Source: Octopus vulgaris (Eukaryota). From it: a stretch of 64,000 bases of DNA. Where the stretch lies: NCBI GenBank assembly GCA_951406725.2, contig OX597821.1, forward strand, positions 14,880,001-14,944,000. Reading direction: 5' to 3'. The notes below the pieces were generated by a model. That model searched no databases, had not been told where the DNA came from, and saw only the letters and a list, made by a program, of their open reading frames with translations. Positions within the stretch are counted from its first letter, which is position 1, and the number at the start of each line of letters is the position of its first letter. This document shows, piece after piece, positions 1-13,358 of the stretch. The position numbers were made by a program, and so were the translations under genes.

Positions 1-84
1 GGGTGTGAGGGTGAAGTATACAGAGAATGGGTGAAAGAGAAAATTGACAGAATGTAACTGGAGTGGCTGATAGATCGAGAGAAA

Positions 85-110
85 TAGTGGTAGACAGATA
101 GATAAGAATG

Positions 111-141
<31 letters not shown>

Positions 142-420
142 GAGAAAGAGAGAGAGAGATAGAGAGAGACAGGGAGATAGATAGATAGGCATATACATAG
201 ACAAATGCATATATGGACAAAAATGATAGATATACAGATAGCTAGACAGAAAGATAGCTAAACAGGTAGTTAGAGAAATAGACAGATAGATAGACAGAAA
301 GTTAGAAATATAAATAGACTGACAGACAGACAGGTAGATGGATCGATGGACAGAAGGATAGATAGAGAGAAAGAGAGGGAGAGTGGAAGGGAGAAGAGAA
401 AGAGAGAGAGAGAGATTTCA
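85..420. repeat. Degenerate (AGAT)n/(AG)n low-complexity tract
   Basis: Runs of gatagata, gacaga and gagaga read directly. Confidence 0.9.
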
Positions 421-1059
421 TTTTACTAAGTAAAACAGATTTAGCCTGAGGCGAAACAATATCACTACCGGCGACAACAACAGCAGCAACAACCTTAAGT
501 TTTCCCTGAGTTATTTTTATTTGTATATCATTATTAGCCAAAGCAGTATGTCGTAAGTGAAGCTCCTGCCAATGCATGCAACACACCAAGTAAGAAGCGA
601 GAGAGAATCATGAGGTTCTTGTAGAATATCGCACGCAAGGAAACCTGGAAAATTAGCATATTTAAAACGATAAATTACTGAAGTTACTTATCAGACGCCA
701 TGCACATAGTAAAAAAGTGGATAAGATAAGGCTAATATATTCATGGCCTTGGTTTACCTGATCTGCATAAGATAATTATGTGAAAATAAATCAAGCTAAT
801 CTATAGGGTGATGGGGTGCTATTGGCGAAATCACAGATCGCTCAAGTAAAGTTGAGAAAGTACAGAAATAAATGAAATAATAAATATGTACTTTAAACAT
901 TCTCTTCATTGATTCTTCTGCTTGTTTTAAGAGATACGCAACCGGGAATTAATGCGATAATTCACACTCCTTGTAAGATTAAAGCCCATTGTTCAAGGCG
1001 ACGTCACTCGGTTACGTCACCGCTAATTTTCTTTCAATATTCGATTGTATTCTGTTTTT

Positions 1060-1392
1060 ATCTTTTTATCTTTTACTTGTTTCAGTCATGTGACTGTGGC
1101 CATGCTGGCGCACCGCCTTTGGTCGAGCAAATCGACCCCCAGGACTTATTCTTTGTAAGCCTGGTACTTATTCTATCGGTCTCTTTTTGCCGAACTACTA
1201 AGTTACGGGGACGTAAAAACAGCAGCATCGGTTGTCAAGCGATGTTGGTGGGACAAACACAGACGCACAAACATATATACACACACACACATATATATAT
1301 ATGTACATATATACGACGGGCTTCTTTCAATTTCCGTCTACCAAATCCACTCACAAGGCTTTGGTCGGCCCGAGGCTATAGTAGAAGACACT
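1060..1392 (-). mobile_element. SINE family A copy, 5' head missing
   Basis: Reverse complement of the tail and body of the full copy at 12218-12627; similarity stops at 'agaagacact'. Confidence 0.9.
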
Positions 1393-1399
1393 TTTTTAT

Positions 1400-1632
1400 A
1401 CGCCTGGGTCAAGGAAATTACCTCAATCCGTTTTGTACGGAAGAATTGGGTATGAATCCCAGTACAGCTGTTATTTACAACAGTTATGTTCGTGAGTTGT
1501 GTGCGAAGGACCTGCTCCACAACCCAGTTCAGATAGTTGGTCAAGGAAAGATCGCTGAAATAGACGAGACAGTGTACTCAAAACGCAAGTACAACCGATG
1601 GAGGAAGTTACTTGAACAGTGGGGTCTTTGGA
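1400..1632 (+). pseudogene. Merlin/ISXO2(IS1016)-like transposase fragment
   Basis: Translation YVRELCAKDLLHNPVQIVGQGKIAEIDETVYSKRKYNRWRKLLEQWGLW fits the Merlin motif GGxGxxVEIDESxFxKRKYNRGRxxxxQWVFG. Confidence 0.8.
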
Positions 1633-1795
1633 GGAGTTTTTTTTTCTTGGAGATGGTAGCAAGTTATATAAGGGTCGTTTGGCTGCTATTTCTTATTGCG
1701 TTAAGTGACAACTTAGAGACATACTTCATGCCTCTTATAAAATACCGAACGAGATACGCAAAAATTTCAGTGAATTAAAATATTAAAAGCTTAAC

Positions 1796-3783
1796 CCGGA
1801 CCGGTCTTAGGAGGTGCGGAGGGAATTTCCGATTTCTGTGTAAAAAAATTATTTGGGGTATATAAGGAGATGAGATTAGTTGATATACGGATGTGTGTGA
1901 TTGTGTATAAAAAAATGCATTACTCAAAGAAATTCCAACTTTGACTTTCACATTTTATTTACAAGCTCATAATAATATAATATAAGATAATATGAAATGA
2001 TAGAATATTAAATGTCCATTCTGACTGAACTAGTACTTTCATGTATTAAGCTATGCAATCTTCAGGTTCATATAGTAGAAGTGACAGTTATGTTTTACAA
2101 TTTACATCTGTAGTGAGATGGCTAAAATGTGTGCCTTAAATACATTTGTATAGGCTCCAGAATGTTAACTTTTGCAAACTGTATTCTGACTAATCAGTGT
2201 GTGGCTTTACTAAATTGCTTAAGTTGATTGGTGTTTGGTTTAAGCGTCACGGTTTGTTGAACATGCCAAGAGACCTGTATTTTGACCCTTGCCAAAGCAG
2301 TAGTTGTTTGGCTATTTTAAGAAATGTTGTAAACAATATTTCCCAGAGATTTTTACATTTCAATTATCATCATCGTCATTATCATCGCCTTTATTATTGC
2401 AGTCGTTGATGGTTGGTAGTGGTAGGAGTAGCTGTAGTAATAGGACTTTAAATCCTAAATAAGATTATTTTCACTAACTTTTCTCTTGACTTAGCTAATA
2501 TTTTCCTGCTATCGTCATCACGAGAACCTTTAGTATTGTTGTTGCTGTTAGTGGTAGTGGTCGTAGCAGTAGAAACAGTATCTTTAAGTATTATTATTAA
2601 TTGTCTATTTAGCTTGGATTGGAATTTATTAAAGTTCTTTTCTCTGATTTTTCTCTCGATTTCACTTGAGCTGTGTAGTTTGTGGAATGGAAATATTATA
2701 AATATTTTTCGACCACCTGTTGCTAGACGGTGACTCAAAGGTATCTGACGAACATCTGGATCTCTAAGTTGCTCTCGGTGCACACGTAAACGTTCTGATA
2801 GTGCATTTCCAGTTTGACCCACATATAGCTCTTCACAATACGGGCATTTGATGCAGTAAATCAAATTTCTGCTTTTGCAGTTCGAATTTGCTTTTGTGAA
2901 TATTTTCCCGGTTTTTGTGTTCATATATTGGCCGGTATGCATGAATTGGCATGTGCCACATCGGCTGTCATTGCATTTAGATACAGTAATTGATTGGTCT
3001 TTGTTGCTAAGGTCAATATTTACCTTTGTTAATAATTTTTTCAAGTTTTTAGGTTGTCGTTTACTAAGAATCACAGCTCGAACTGTGATTATCTTTTAAT
3101 TCATTACTTTGAGCAATGATTTGTAGGTTTGATTTGGCAACGTTGAAGATATTCTGGTGACATGTGTTGTATGTCACTATAAATGGTATGACTTGTTCTT
3201 GTTTTCCTCTTCTTTGGGTTGTCCTTAGTTGTTGTATGGGTACTTTTATAGCCCACTGTATGCCATTTTCTGTTAGTAGAGACGGGTGTTTTTGCTTGAG
3301 CAAACATTCTCATAGTTCTGTTAGGCGTTTGTTGCTGATATTCGCATCTTCTACAATGGTACAAATTCTTCTGGCTAAAAATTTTCCCCAAAATTAAACA
3401 TATACAAAGTATATTTATAGCACATGCACTTAAACAGCCACACCCGTACTCTCTCTCACACACACACAAATATTTTACCCAAACACGCCCATAAACATTC
3501 CCATACATTCACATACACACACGTACACATACAATTGACCTTTACACTAAAAATACAAGCAAGGCTGACCCAAGCAATTTTGGATGAATGGGTTTATCTT
3601 TTGGTATCTTATGTCGCTAAAGCGTAGAAAGTATGTTTTTTTCTTTTAAGGAGTATGTTTATGTAGATTTTTTTTAAACTTCAAGGAGACTACCTTCATG
3701 AAATGTCGCAGTATAGGATGTGGCCTCATTGAGCGCGGGGCCCGACTGGGAGCAATTGTCCCATCTGGCTTAAGGCGGCCCTG
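1796..3783 (+). mobile_element. Possible old hAT-like DNA transposon relic, interrupted by a Penelope fragment
   Basis: 3' end 'ggcttaaggcggccctg' resembles hAT termini and weakly matches 'ccggaccggtcttagg' at 1796; 3560-3630 loosely resembles a hAT C-terminus. Weak evidence. Confidence 0.3.
2598..3380 (-). pseudogene. Penelope-like retroelement fragment: RT thumb, Cys-rich linker, GIY-YIG endonuclease (Neptune-like)
   Basis: Translations LARRICTIVED..., PFIVTYN, RQPKNLKKLL, CNDSRCGTC, NCKSRNLIYCIKCPYCEELYVGQTGNALSERLRVH and ERKIREKNFNKFQSKLN; contains a stop and a frameshift. Confidence 0.9.
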
Positions 3784-4067
3784 GGCCTAGCGATAATTGT
3801 TACCATTTCTCAAAGAAAAGAGTTGATAATAAATATACATACGTACGTATGTATGCATGTATATTTGTATGTACGACTCTCTCAGCTTCTTATTATTTGT
3901 TTGTCTGTCTGTCTGTCTACGTATGTGATGTATATGAAATTAAATCTTTAAATGTGTAAATGTAAATATGATTAAATATACATGTAAGTTCTTCCTTTTC
4001 GGCGTATAAGAAATTTAGAAATAAATATATGTGCTACAGCCTGTATTGCATAATACACACAGAGAAA

Positions 4068-4141
<74 letters not shown>
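4068..4141. repeat. (CA)n microsatellite
   Basis: Perfect CA run. Confidence 0.98.
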
Positions 4142-4145
<4 letters not shown>

Positions 4146-4261
4146 GGATGTCTTCTATTATAGCCTCGGGCTGACCAAAGCTTTCTGAGTGGATTTGGTA
4201 CATGGAAACTAAAAGAAGCTTCTGTGTGTTTGAGTATACACGTCTGAATATATATATATAC

Positions 4262-4437
4262 ATACATATGAGAGGGATGACCAGTATGTGGACAACCGTT
4301 ACGCTAGAAGTAGATCCACTATGGTCTTATCACTAAGAAATGTTCTCAAGAAAAATTTAGCAAACATCAGAACGTTAAACTGATGTTAAATTGATGTTAA
4401 TTAAATTGATATCCAATTTCTCACCCTCAATTTAAAT

Positions 4438-4440
<3 letters not shown>
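4262..4440. mobile_element. TA-flanked short element, same family as 47823-48215
   Basis: 'gggatgaccagtatgtggacaaccgttacgctagaagtagatccactatggtcttatcactaag' aligns to 47843-47905; 'aaattgat...caatttctcaccctc' aligns to 48180-48205. Confidence 0.75.
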
Positions 4441-4483
<43 letters not shown>

Positions 4484-4659
4484 CTAATAACTGCCATAGA
4501 TGTATTTATGTGCTACTATTAGTTTCATGTGCTGTGATTGTTTTATAACACGCCTGGTGTCCCAGTACAATCACTAGACACCGACCACATGGCATAACAA
4601 ACCAAAATTTAAAATCAAATATTCACAGATGAAAGAGTTAATGTTTTCATTTCGTTATG

Positions 4660-4737
<78 letters not shown>

Positions 4738-5450
4738 ACATTCTGAGTGTCTTGGTGTTTGTGTTTGTATTTGTACTACTGCATCACTTGACAATCAATT
4801 TTGGCTAATTTACGTCCCCATAGCTTAGAGGCTCGGCAAAAGAGACTGATAGAATAAGTACCACGCTTTTAAGAAGGAAATATGCATTGGTATCGATTTG
4901 TTCGAACAACCCTTCAAAGGTGTCTCAGTAGAGCTGCAGTCGATTGACAGATACAAGTATAAGATTAATAAATCACAATATATAATGAAATACACATTAA
5001 AATGTGTCTACTTTAGAAAATAAATACACAGTACTTATATTATGACATTAAAAAAATTAATCATCAAAAAGAGGAGATATTAAAAATCATTAAATTTTTA
5101 GGTGACCAGTTCTGAAATCAGCAGACCGATTAATTTACAAAGTAGGTAAAAAAAAAAAAAAGAACATACTATTGATTTTTAACTAGTTTAACTGCTGTAT
5201 TTGCGTTTAGAGCTGGAGTTCCAAATTGCGTTCAATTTTGATTTTAATTTCTTATGTTATCTATTTATTTTATATAAAACTGTATTGTTCTTATCGTTTC
5301 GTTTAATCTATTTCTCAATTTTCATATGGTCCCAGGTTCCGTCCCACTATATGAGATTTTAGAGAAAGTGTTTGCTGCTGTAGCCCTGAGGCGACCAATA
5401 CCTTGTGAGTGGATTTCGTTAACGGGAACTAAAAGAAGCCCATCATGTGC

Positions 5451-5451
<1 letters not shown>

Positions 5452-5523
<72 letters not shown>

Positions 5524-5525
5524 CA
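5452..5525. repeat. (TATC)n microsatellite after a SINE A fragment (5325-5450)
   Basis: Direct reading. Confidence 0.95.
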
Positions 5526-6136
5526 TCTCTTTCTCTCTGTATATATGTCTGTATGTATACAAGCCCACACAAGTAAATGTTCGTACGTAGAATATAAACT
5601 TACTTATACGTAAGCAAAGGCAGATGTAAATTTTTCTACGTTATGCCAACTCCTGCTAAATTACTTTGTGTATATATACACATGAAAATATATACATATA
5701 TACCGCACACAAAAATGCTTATATTTATATATATACACTCGTACACAGACACATATACATAGATAGACTTATATACATAAAAAATCTTTAATGAGAAGTG
5801 GTTCACATAAACGAGGCAAATTTCGTGTATATATCTATAGAGTGATTGGGATATATTTACTATGAGGCGCTTGATTGAAATGAGTCAATAACGCAAGAAA
5901 CAACAGACAAACCATAAACATAAAATTTTAAATCAAATATACGCAAATGAAAGCCTACATATGTCAATAGCAATTATTATTGCAGTGAAGTGATGCTTTA
6001 CGTTCAGAAGTTTCAACATAGAATGAGGTATTTATTATTCTCAAAAGTTTTTTTAAAAAATGAAAAAAAAGGTAGAGGGAAGATTGTATTCGTAAACAGT
6101 TTGAGTGCTTGTTTCTCTGGAGAGAATGATGTAGAT

Positions 6137-6179
6137 GCCTCTGATGAGACCCCAATAAGGTTCGAAAATCGATTAAGGT
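6137..6179 (+). ncRNA. Minimal type-I hammerhead ribozyme motif
   Basis: GCCT-CTGATGA-GACCccaataaGGTTC-GAAA-ATCGAT-TA-AGGT: canonical core, stem I GCCT/AGGT, palindromic stem III AATCGATT. Confidence 0.7.
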
Positions 6180-7607
6180 TGTTCATAATTTTATCAGTCT
6201 GCTGAGAAATGGCTAAAATTTGCTGCTTATAATTATACCATATGTTACATACATACATTCATATATGCATACATGCATACATACATACATACATAGTTTT
6301 TCTATTTAGTGTTATTTCACTATTTTATATAAAACCGTATAGATAGATGGATACATAGATAGATAGATAGATAGATAGGCACATGATGGGCTTCTTTCAG
6401 TTCCCGTTAACGAAATACATACATACATACATACATACATACATACATACATACATGCATACATAATGGTGGCAGTTGTGATCAGTTCAATAATCGGACG
6501 TTTGTAATTACTGCTTATATGAAGGCAACATATTTCTACACAAATGTTATAAACATTACATATATTGCAGCATATCTATATTAACGATATATCTTAACAC
6601 ATTTATGTAAACACAGCATTCTAACGATACACAAACAAAGAAATAAGTCAACATTGTAAAACAGTTTACAAAAAAGATCAACACCACTCAACGTGTACGT
6701 TTAAATGCAATTGTAGCATTAAAAACAACCAGCAAGAAAAGATTACCCAAGTTGTGAACAACGTAAAATTTTATTCTGACAAAATTTTGTCGAACCTTTT
6801 AAGGAAGATCGTTGTCTATTTTTGAAAAAAAAAAAAAAAAATATCAGTGAATAAACAACAAATTTCATAGCCAAACGTGTAAGTCACCTTCGACCAAATC
6901 ATAACTACAATCACTGCATACAATGAACCTACGGTGCTAAAGATTTATATGAAGCATAAATACAATCTGAACCCCAAAATTTCGGTTTTATGCAAAGGCT
7001 AAAATATTTGCGGAACTCAAAACATCCCAAATTAGATTTTCCCCCTAAAACATTTAAATCATTAGATGTAAGTTGATACATCTAAAGGAAGCAGTTGATT
7101 CTAAGCCAGCCATTGAAGATAACCATCCCATTTCCAATGATGGATAGACGCAATGGTCAGCTAAATCTAGCAGTAAGCAACACACCAACAATGTGAGCTG
7201 AATTCCATACCTGTACTGTACAAACAGAACACCAAAAACTTGTGAACGCCTTACTAGACTACTTAGTCTAGGATAGTGTTTCAACAATTTGAATGACAAG
7301 CCACACAACACCAACATAAGTAAAACACCCCAGTAAATTAGAATTAGAAGCAATGAACGAAATAGCAAGCAAATATCTGAAGGTTACACAGTCCAGAGGT
7401 ATGAAAGCAACATACGAAACCGTTAACCTTTTGATTTATGTCACAGCAATTATATTAGTGAGGGTCTTTGCATGTACGTGAGACATGGTGCTTCCACATT
7501 TTTGAGCCTGTAACCAACATTGGCACTTGATATCTTGCTCTGTCTTGTCTCTGGATCATGTCAGAAGGATGGACAAGGTTTGTGAGGTGTTATGCAAGCC
7601 TTATTGG

Positions 7608-8049
7608 ACCTAAATTTTATTTCAGAATTGATGGGGCTCATATGAAGACTCATATTGTCACTGAATGCAACAACTGATGAAGGGTTCTTTCTCTGTGTTT
7701 ACTTGTCCTGTTATCCATTTTTCTCTCGTTTGTTTACGTATTTCATGTTATTTGCACCGTTGGTGACGTCCTGTAATCATATGTATATTATATATTATTT
7801 AGTATTTAACTGAACGCGACGCATTCATTACCAAGCAAGTTTATCTTCACCTTTTTGATGCGACTCTCTACTCTATACTGTTCTATTCCCCTTTCCTTCT
7901 CTAATCTATTTTCTCCTCTCCTTCCTTCACCGTTTTCTACGCCTCTCTATCGCTCTCTCTTCCTCTTTCCCCCTCTCTCTCTTTCGATGCACATATGCGA
8001 CCATCGTCCATCTTTCTTTTCCTGCACAGACGTTTAAAAGAACGTAGTG

Positions 8050-8087
<38 letters not shown>

Positions 8088-8460
8088 TCTTTTCTCATTA
8101 AAAAAATGTTTCTGCCAGCGTTCTCTATTTCCCACTCATTCTGGTCTAACGACCCAATATGCTTATTTTCGTTCGGTTTCATTGTATGTCACCACTGTCA
8201 TTTTTGTTCCCAACTTTGACCCTCTATAAATCCTAAATTTTATTCTAGAATCTATGGGAGCAACTGTCTTTCAATACTCATATTGTCGTTAAATGCTCGA
8301 AAGGAGGAATAGATTACACAGTCGACAACTGATGAAGGGTCCTTTCTCTGTGCTTACTTGTCCTGTTCTCGTTGTTCACGTACTTCATTCTTTTTCTGTC
8401 TCGTTTGTTTACTTTTTCATGTTATTTTGCACCGTTTGTGATGTCCTGTACCCATATATG
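7608..8460 (+). repeat. Diverged direct repeat pair (~7608-7785 and ~8232-8460), probable retroelement 3' termini
   Basis: Shared 'cctaaattttatt', 'actcatattgtc', 'caactgatgaaggg..ctttctctgtg.ttacttgtcctg' and 'ttcatgttatt(t)tgcaccgtt.gtga.gtcctgta'; both run into TA-rich sequence. Confidence 0.75.
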
Positions 8461-8542
8461 TATGTATGTATGAATGTATATATATACATATATATATACA
8501 CACATTATACATTATTTATTATATATATATTATGTATTACTT

Positions 8543-8592
<50 letters not shown>

Positions 8593-8946
8593 TATATAAA
8601 CACATATGTATACACACTCTTGTTCATACAATATCCCTCTAGGCTACCGGGAGGAGTAGGATTGCTAGAATCTCGGCAGAACAAAAGTAACACCTGTCAA
8701 AAGAACGGATGAACCCAGCGTGCGGCAATCACTCCGAAGCAAAGATTAAAGTAAGTGAGTGTTCACTTGGAAAATTTCCAGAAGTGAAATTCATAGCAAG
8801 TTGCATCCTGTCTAGTAAAACGAGAGTAAAGCTGTTCGAAAATCTCAAACACGTTTCCATGAGGTTTAATGTGTCACATGACAGTTACATATTTTGTGTA
8901 TTTAGTTTGACATCTGTGATACGCTGAGGCATAAGACATATAGAGA

Positions 8947-9409
8947 ATACCAAACGAGTTCCCTATGGATAATGTATTTATTACAACGAGTGGCTTGTAA
9001 ACGTATCTAACGAGCGAAAGCGAGTTAGATACGTTTACAAGCCACGAATTGTAATAAATACGGTATCCACAGGGAATGGGTTTGGTATTTTATTTATTAC
9101 ACACAAATAAACGACCATATTTTATTAACCCAATAACTAAATTCTTCACGTTTAGTTGTAACTTATGAATGACAAAAGTAGTGCCGTCACCGTGACCTCG
9201 GGTTATCACCATGGATTGACCAATCAGAAGCAGCGCTGTCACCGTGACCTCGGGTCATCACCATCAATTGACCAATCAGAAGCAGCGCTGTCACCATGAC
9301 CTCGGGTCATCACCATGGATTGACCAATCAGAAGCAGCGCTCGCAGTATCTGACATATGTTAGATACCAAAAATATCTCAAAGTGTTCTCACTCACATGT
9401 GTGTAATAA
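8947..9409. mobile_element. Non-autonomous element: ~140 bp palindrome plus three CCAAT tandem units (Crypton-like architecture, inferred)
   Basis: Hairpin 8947-9089 centred on 'cgagcgaaagcgag'; inverted pair 'ttattacacaca' (~9094) and 'tgtgtgtaataa' (~9398). Confidence 0.6.
9186..9341 (+). repeat. 3 x 52 bp tandem repeat, each unit with TTGACCAATCAG
   Basis: Unit gtcaccgtgacctcgggtcatcaccatggattgaccaatcagaagcagcgct starts at 9186, 9238 and 9290. Confidence 0.95.
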
Positions 9410-9549
9410 GTTATGTTAAGACAAACGCCAGTCCTCATATATGTTTTGGTGTGTGACTGTACGCATCGAAATGTTTGGGTATTGCATCCTAACATGACTC
9501 AGAACTTGCTCATTTTACGCAGTGTACATGCCGGATTATGTGTATCATT

Positions 9550-9955
9550 TATCTTTTACTTGTTTCAGTCATTAGACTGCGGCCATACTGCGCCAGCACC
9601 TTGAGAAAGTTTAATTTAACGACCCCTAATATTTATTCTGCCGCTCGCCAAACTGCTAAAGTTACGGGTTAAAGAAACAGCGGTTGGTGGTGGGGAACAA
9701 ACACAGATACACACACACACCCATACAAACACACACACAATAGCACACACAATACACACACTCACACACACATAGGCGTACACACACACACACATGAGAT
9801 GGGCTTCTTTTCCTTTCCGTCTACTAAATCTACTCACAAGGCTTTGGCCGGCCCGAGTCTATAGCGGAAGACATTTGCCAAGTTTTCTACGCTATAACTC
9901 TGAACCCAGATTCACGCGGTTTTGGAAGCAGCCTTCTTACCACACAGTCACATCT
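9550..9955 (-). mobile_element. SINE family A, diverged copy
   Basis: Matches tail, body and head of 12218-12627 in reverse, with many substitutions. Confidence 0.8.
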
Positions 9956-10054
9956 GTGCTCTGTGTGTGTGTATGTAAATATATATATATATGTGTGAGT
10001 GTCTGTGTGTCTGTGCGTGTGTATGTATGTGTGATTGTATGTGTGTGTAAATAT

Positions 10055-10103
<49 letters not shown>

Positions 10104-10156
10104 CACACACATACAATCACACAGAACGTACACACGCACAGACACACAGACACTCT

Positions 10157-10199
<43 letters not shown>

Positions 10200-10395
10200 G
10201 TACATACTCATAAATGTGTGTTCAGTTATACGTATGCAAATGTATGTAATTTCAAATATTTATACACGTACAAAGGTGCATTAGTAAATGCACAGATACA
10301 TGCATGCATACATAAACACAGAAGTACATACATGCAGTTTACCTACACTATCTCAAATACGTATGTTGAAAGCAAACACACACACACATTAATGG

Positions 10396-10778
10396 TTGGA
10401 AGCACTCCGTCGGTTACGACGACGAGGGTTCCGGTTGATCCGATGAACGGAACAGCCTGCTCGTGAAATTAACGTGTAAGTGGCTGAGCACTCCACAGAC
10501 ACGTGTACCCTTAACGTAGTTCTCGGGGATATTCAGCGTGACACAGAGAGTGACAAGGCCGGCCCTTTGAAATACAGGTACAACAGAAACAGGAAGTAAG
10601 AGTGAGAGAAAGTTGTGGCGAAAGAGTACAGCAGGGATCGCCACCATCCCCTGCCAGAGCCTCGTGGAGCTTTAGGTGTTTTCGCTCAATAAACACTCAC
10701 AACGCCCGGTCTGGGAATCGAAACCGCGATCCTACGACCGCGAGTCCGCTGCCCTAACCACTGGGCCATTGCACCTCT
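10396..10778 (-). mobile_element. SINE head B + tail 1
   Basis: tRNA-like head with A box TGGCCCAGTGG and B box GGTTTCGATTCC; TSD 'cacacacattaat' on both sides; near-identical to 41496-41879. Confidence 0.95.
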
Positions 10779-11254
10779 CACACACATTAATACAAACTCG
10801 TACACACGAGTGACGAGCACTCTCCCTAGATAAGTGTCACTTCACACACACAAACACACACGCGCGCGCACCCACCCACCACATCCACACAAATAAATAT
10901 ATGTATTCACTAAATAGTTTATGTAGCCATAAAGCCCAAGAGCAACTTAATTTAAACAGAAGAGCCTCGCTTAGAAACTGGCTTCAATTCTTCAAAGGAA
11001 AAAAAAAAGGCCAATGAAATGCATGAATTTAGCCTCTGAAATGCATGAATAACACACATGCACCAATGAAATGAATAACACACATACACCAATGAAATGC
11101 ATGAATAACACACATGCACACCCAGAAACACACACATATACACTCTCGCAGCCACACATGTACGTTTACACACACACACACATACAGTATCATTTACACT
11201 TATATAGTGTGCATAATGTATATAAAAATATTTTATGGTTTATATATGAATATA

Positions 11255-11480
<226 letters not shown>

Positions 11481-12217
11481 ACATGTTATATAGAATTCGT
11501 ATATTATATAATGTACACGTTTTACATATATAATACGTTATATACGTGCGCGTGTGTGTAAACACACACACACGTACATACACTTTCACACACTTTCACA
11601 CACTCTCACACACAAAACAACTTCACAAAATACAGAATAGCACAGACAGCATATAGTTAGATATGGATACACAGACATATACATACATGCATATATGCAC
11701 ACACACACATACACACACACACATATATACAAACATATATACAAACATATATACAAACATATATACAAACACACACATATATACAAACATATATACAAAC
11801 ATATATACACACACACATGCAAACAAATAAACTTAATACCGACTTTAGTTTCTTCCCTACAACATGAACATTTTTACGAGAAAATAAGCAGATTATTCTA
11901 GCAGCATAAACTTAATCTGACAATTTCCTTTTTAGTTATTTTTCATCATAATCTAAACATTCATTTGTCTGTTCAAATGTCTTTGTTAATGTAATCCTTT
12001 TGTTAGAAAAGGCGCCGTTGCCGTCGTGTCCGCCTTCGACGTCGCCATTTTCGTCCCTTTTCGTTTTGCTCCTCCTCATCATTTTGCAGATGGACTTACC
12101 TCATCTGTTTCAATGATAATTCTAGAGAAAATATATGATCGACGAAATAAGTATCCCTGTACTGATTTTACTGCGATAATATAACTGGATTAATTTATTG
12201 ACTTATATCCATGTCTA

Positions 12218-12380
12218 GGCGCAGGAGTGGCTGTGTGGTAAGTAGCTTGCCAACCAACCACATGGTTCCGGGTTCAGTCCCACTGCGTGGCTTCTTGGGC
12301 AAGTGTCTTCTGCTATAGCCCCGGGCCGACCAATGCCTTGTGAGTGGATTTGGTAGACGGAAACTGAAAGAAGCCTGTCG

Positions 12381-12415
<35 letters not shown>

Positions 12416-12627
12416 TTGTGTGTCTGTGTTTGTTCCCCTAGCATTGCTTGACAACCAATGCTGGTGTGTTTACGTCCCCGTCACTTAGCGGTTCGGCAAA
12501 AAGAGACCGATAGAACAAGTACTGAGCTTACAAAAGTATAAGTCCCGGGGTCGTGTTGCTCGATTAAAGGTGTTGCTCCAGCATGGCCGCAGTCAAATGA
12601 CTGAAACAAGTAAAAGAGTAAAAGAGT
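12218..12627 (+). mobile_element. SINE family A, full length (tRNA head, CORE-like segment, internal TA/TG microsatellite, (TAAAAGAG) tail)
   Basis: A/B boxes TGGCTGTGTGG and GGTTCAGTCCC; 'cttgggcaagtgtctt' resembles the CORE domain; short TSD atgtct. Confidence 0.95.
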
Positions 12628-12884
12628 ATGTCTCGTTTGTTCCTAGTTGAATAAGCGATACTTTTGTACAATTGTTCGCGGGAAGAACAGGTGTTTCAGC
12701 TGGTGCAGGTTAAAATTTGAAAAGGTGAACATTTCAGTAAAAAGCAAAAACAAAACACTCGACATGGTGTAAATTTCAACCCCCTTGGTATAGGTATCAC
12801 AAATTACATGTAATAATATAAACTTGTTAATAATGATAAATTTCGAGAAAAAGACGGACCTAAAATATATAAATATTAACTTTA

Positions 12885-13072
12885 AATTTTGACACAAGGC
12901 CAGAAATTTTGGGGTATAGAGGGGTAAGGTGATTACTGGTACTTATTTTATCGACTCTGAAAGATGAAGGACAAGGTCGACCTCACCTTAATTTGAACAC
13001 AGAACATGGAGACAGATGAAATACACTAAGCATTTATCCATTCGTCATAACGATTCTGCCAGCTCGCCGCAT
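12885..13072 (-). mobile_element. SINE family C, old subfamily
   Basis: 'ggtacttattttatcgac...aagatgaa...gtcgacctc...atttgaac...cgattctgccagctcgccgc' shared with 25591-25824. Confidence 0.85.
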
Positions 13073-13324
13073 TGAAATATATAAATATTGTTACACTTAT
13101 ACATATAGATGTAGTGCATTGATAAGCTTGATGCTTACACACGAACCAATGCATAAACACGTAATAAACAGATAATAGACCAGTTTATAACGTATTTATA
13201 CTTATATGCCATATTGAAGAGAAATGCAAATATACGTAAAGAAGGATATAAAGCAAGATGTGAGAAAGAGTCTGGAATGTAAAAAAATTCGTAATAGTTC
13301 AGATGTAGATAGATACACTCCCAG

Positions 13325-13358
<34 letters not shown>

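Noticed and set aside
909-1778. 289-aa ORF as a gene
   Set aside because: Chance read-through of an antisense SINE A into a Merlin transposase fragment; starts at TTG.
7676-7700. CTGATGAAGG as a hammerhead (also 8329, 21096, 34115)
   Set aside because: No convincing stem II/GAAA/stem I pairing follows.
9186-9341. CRISPR-like array
   Set aside because: Units are contiguous with no unique spacers, there are no cas genes, and the context is eukaryotic.
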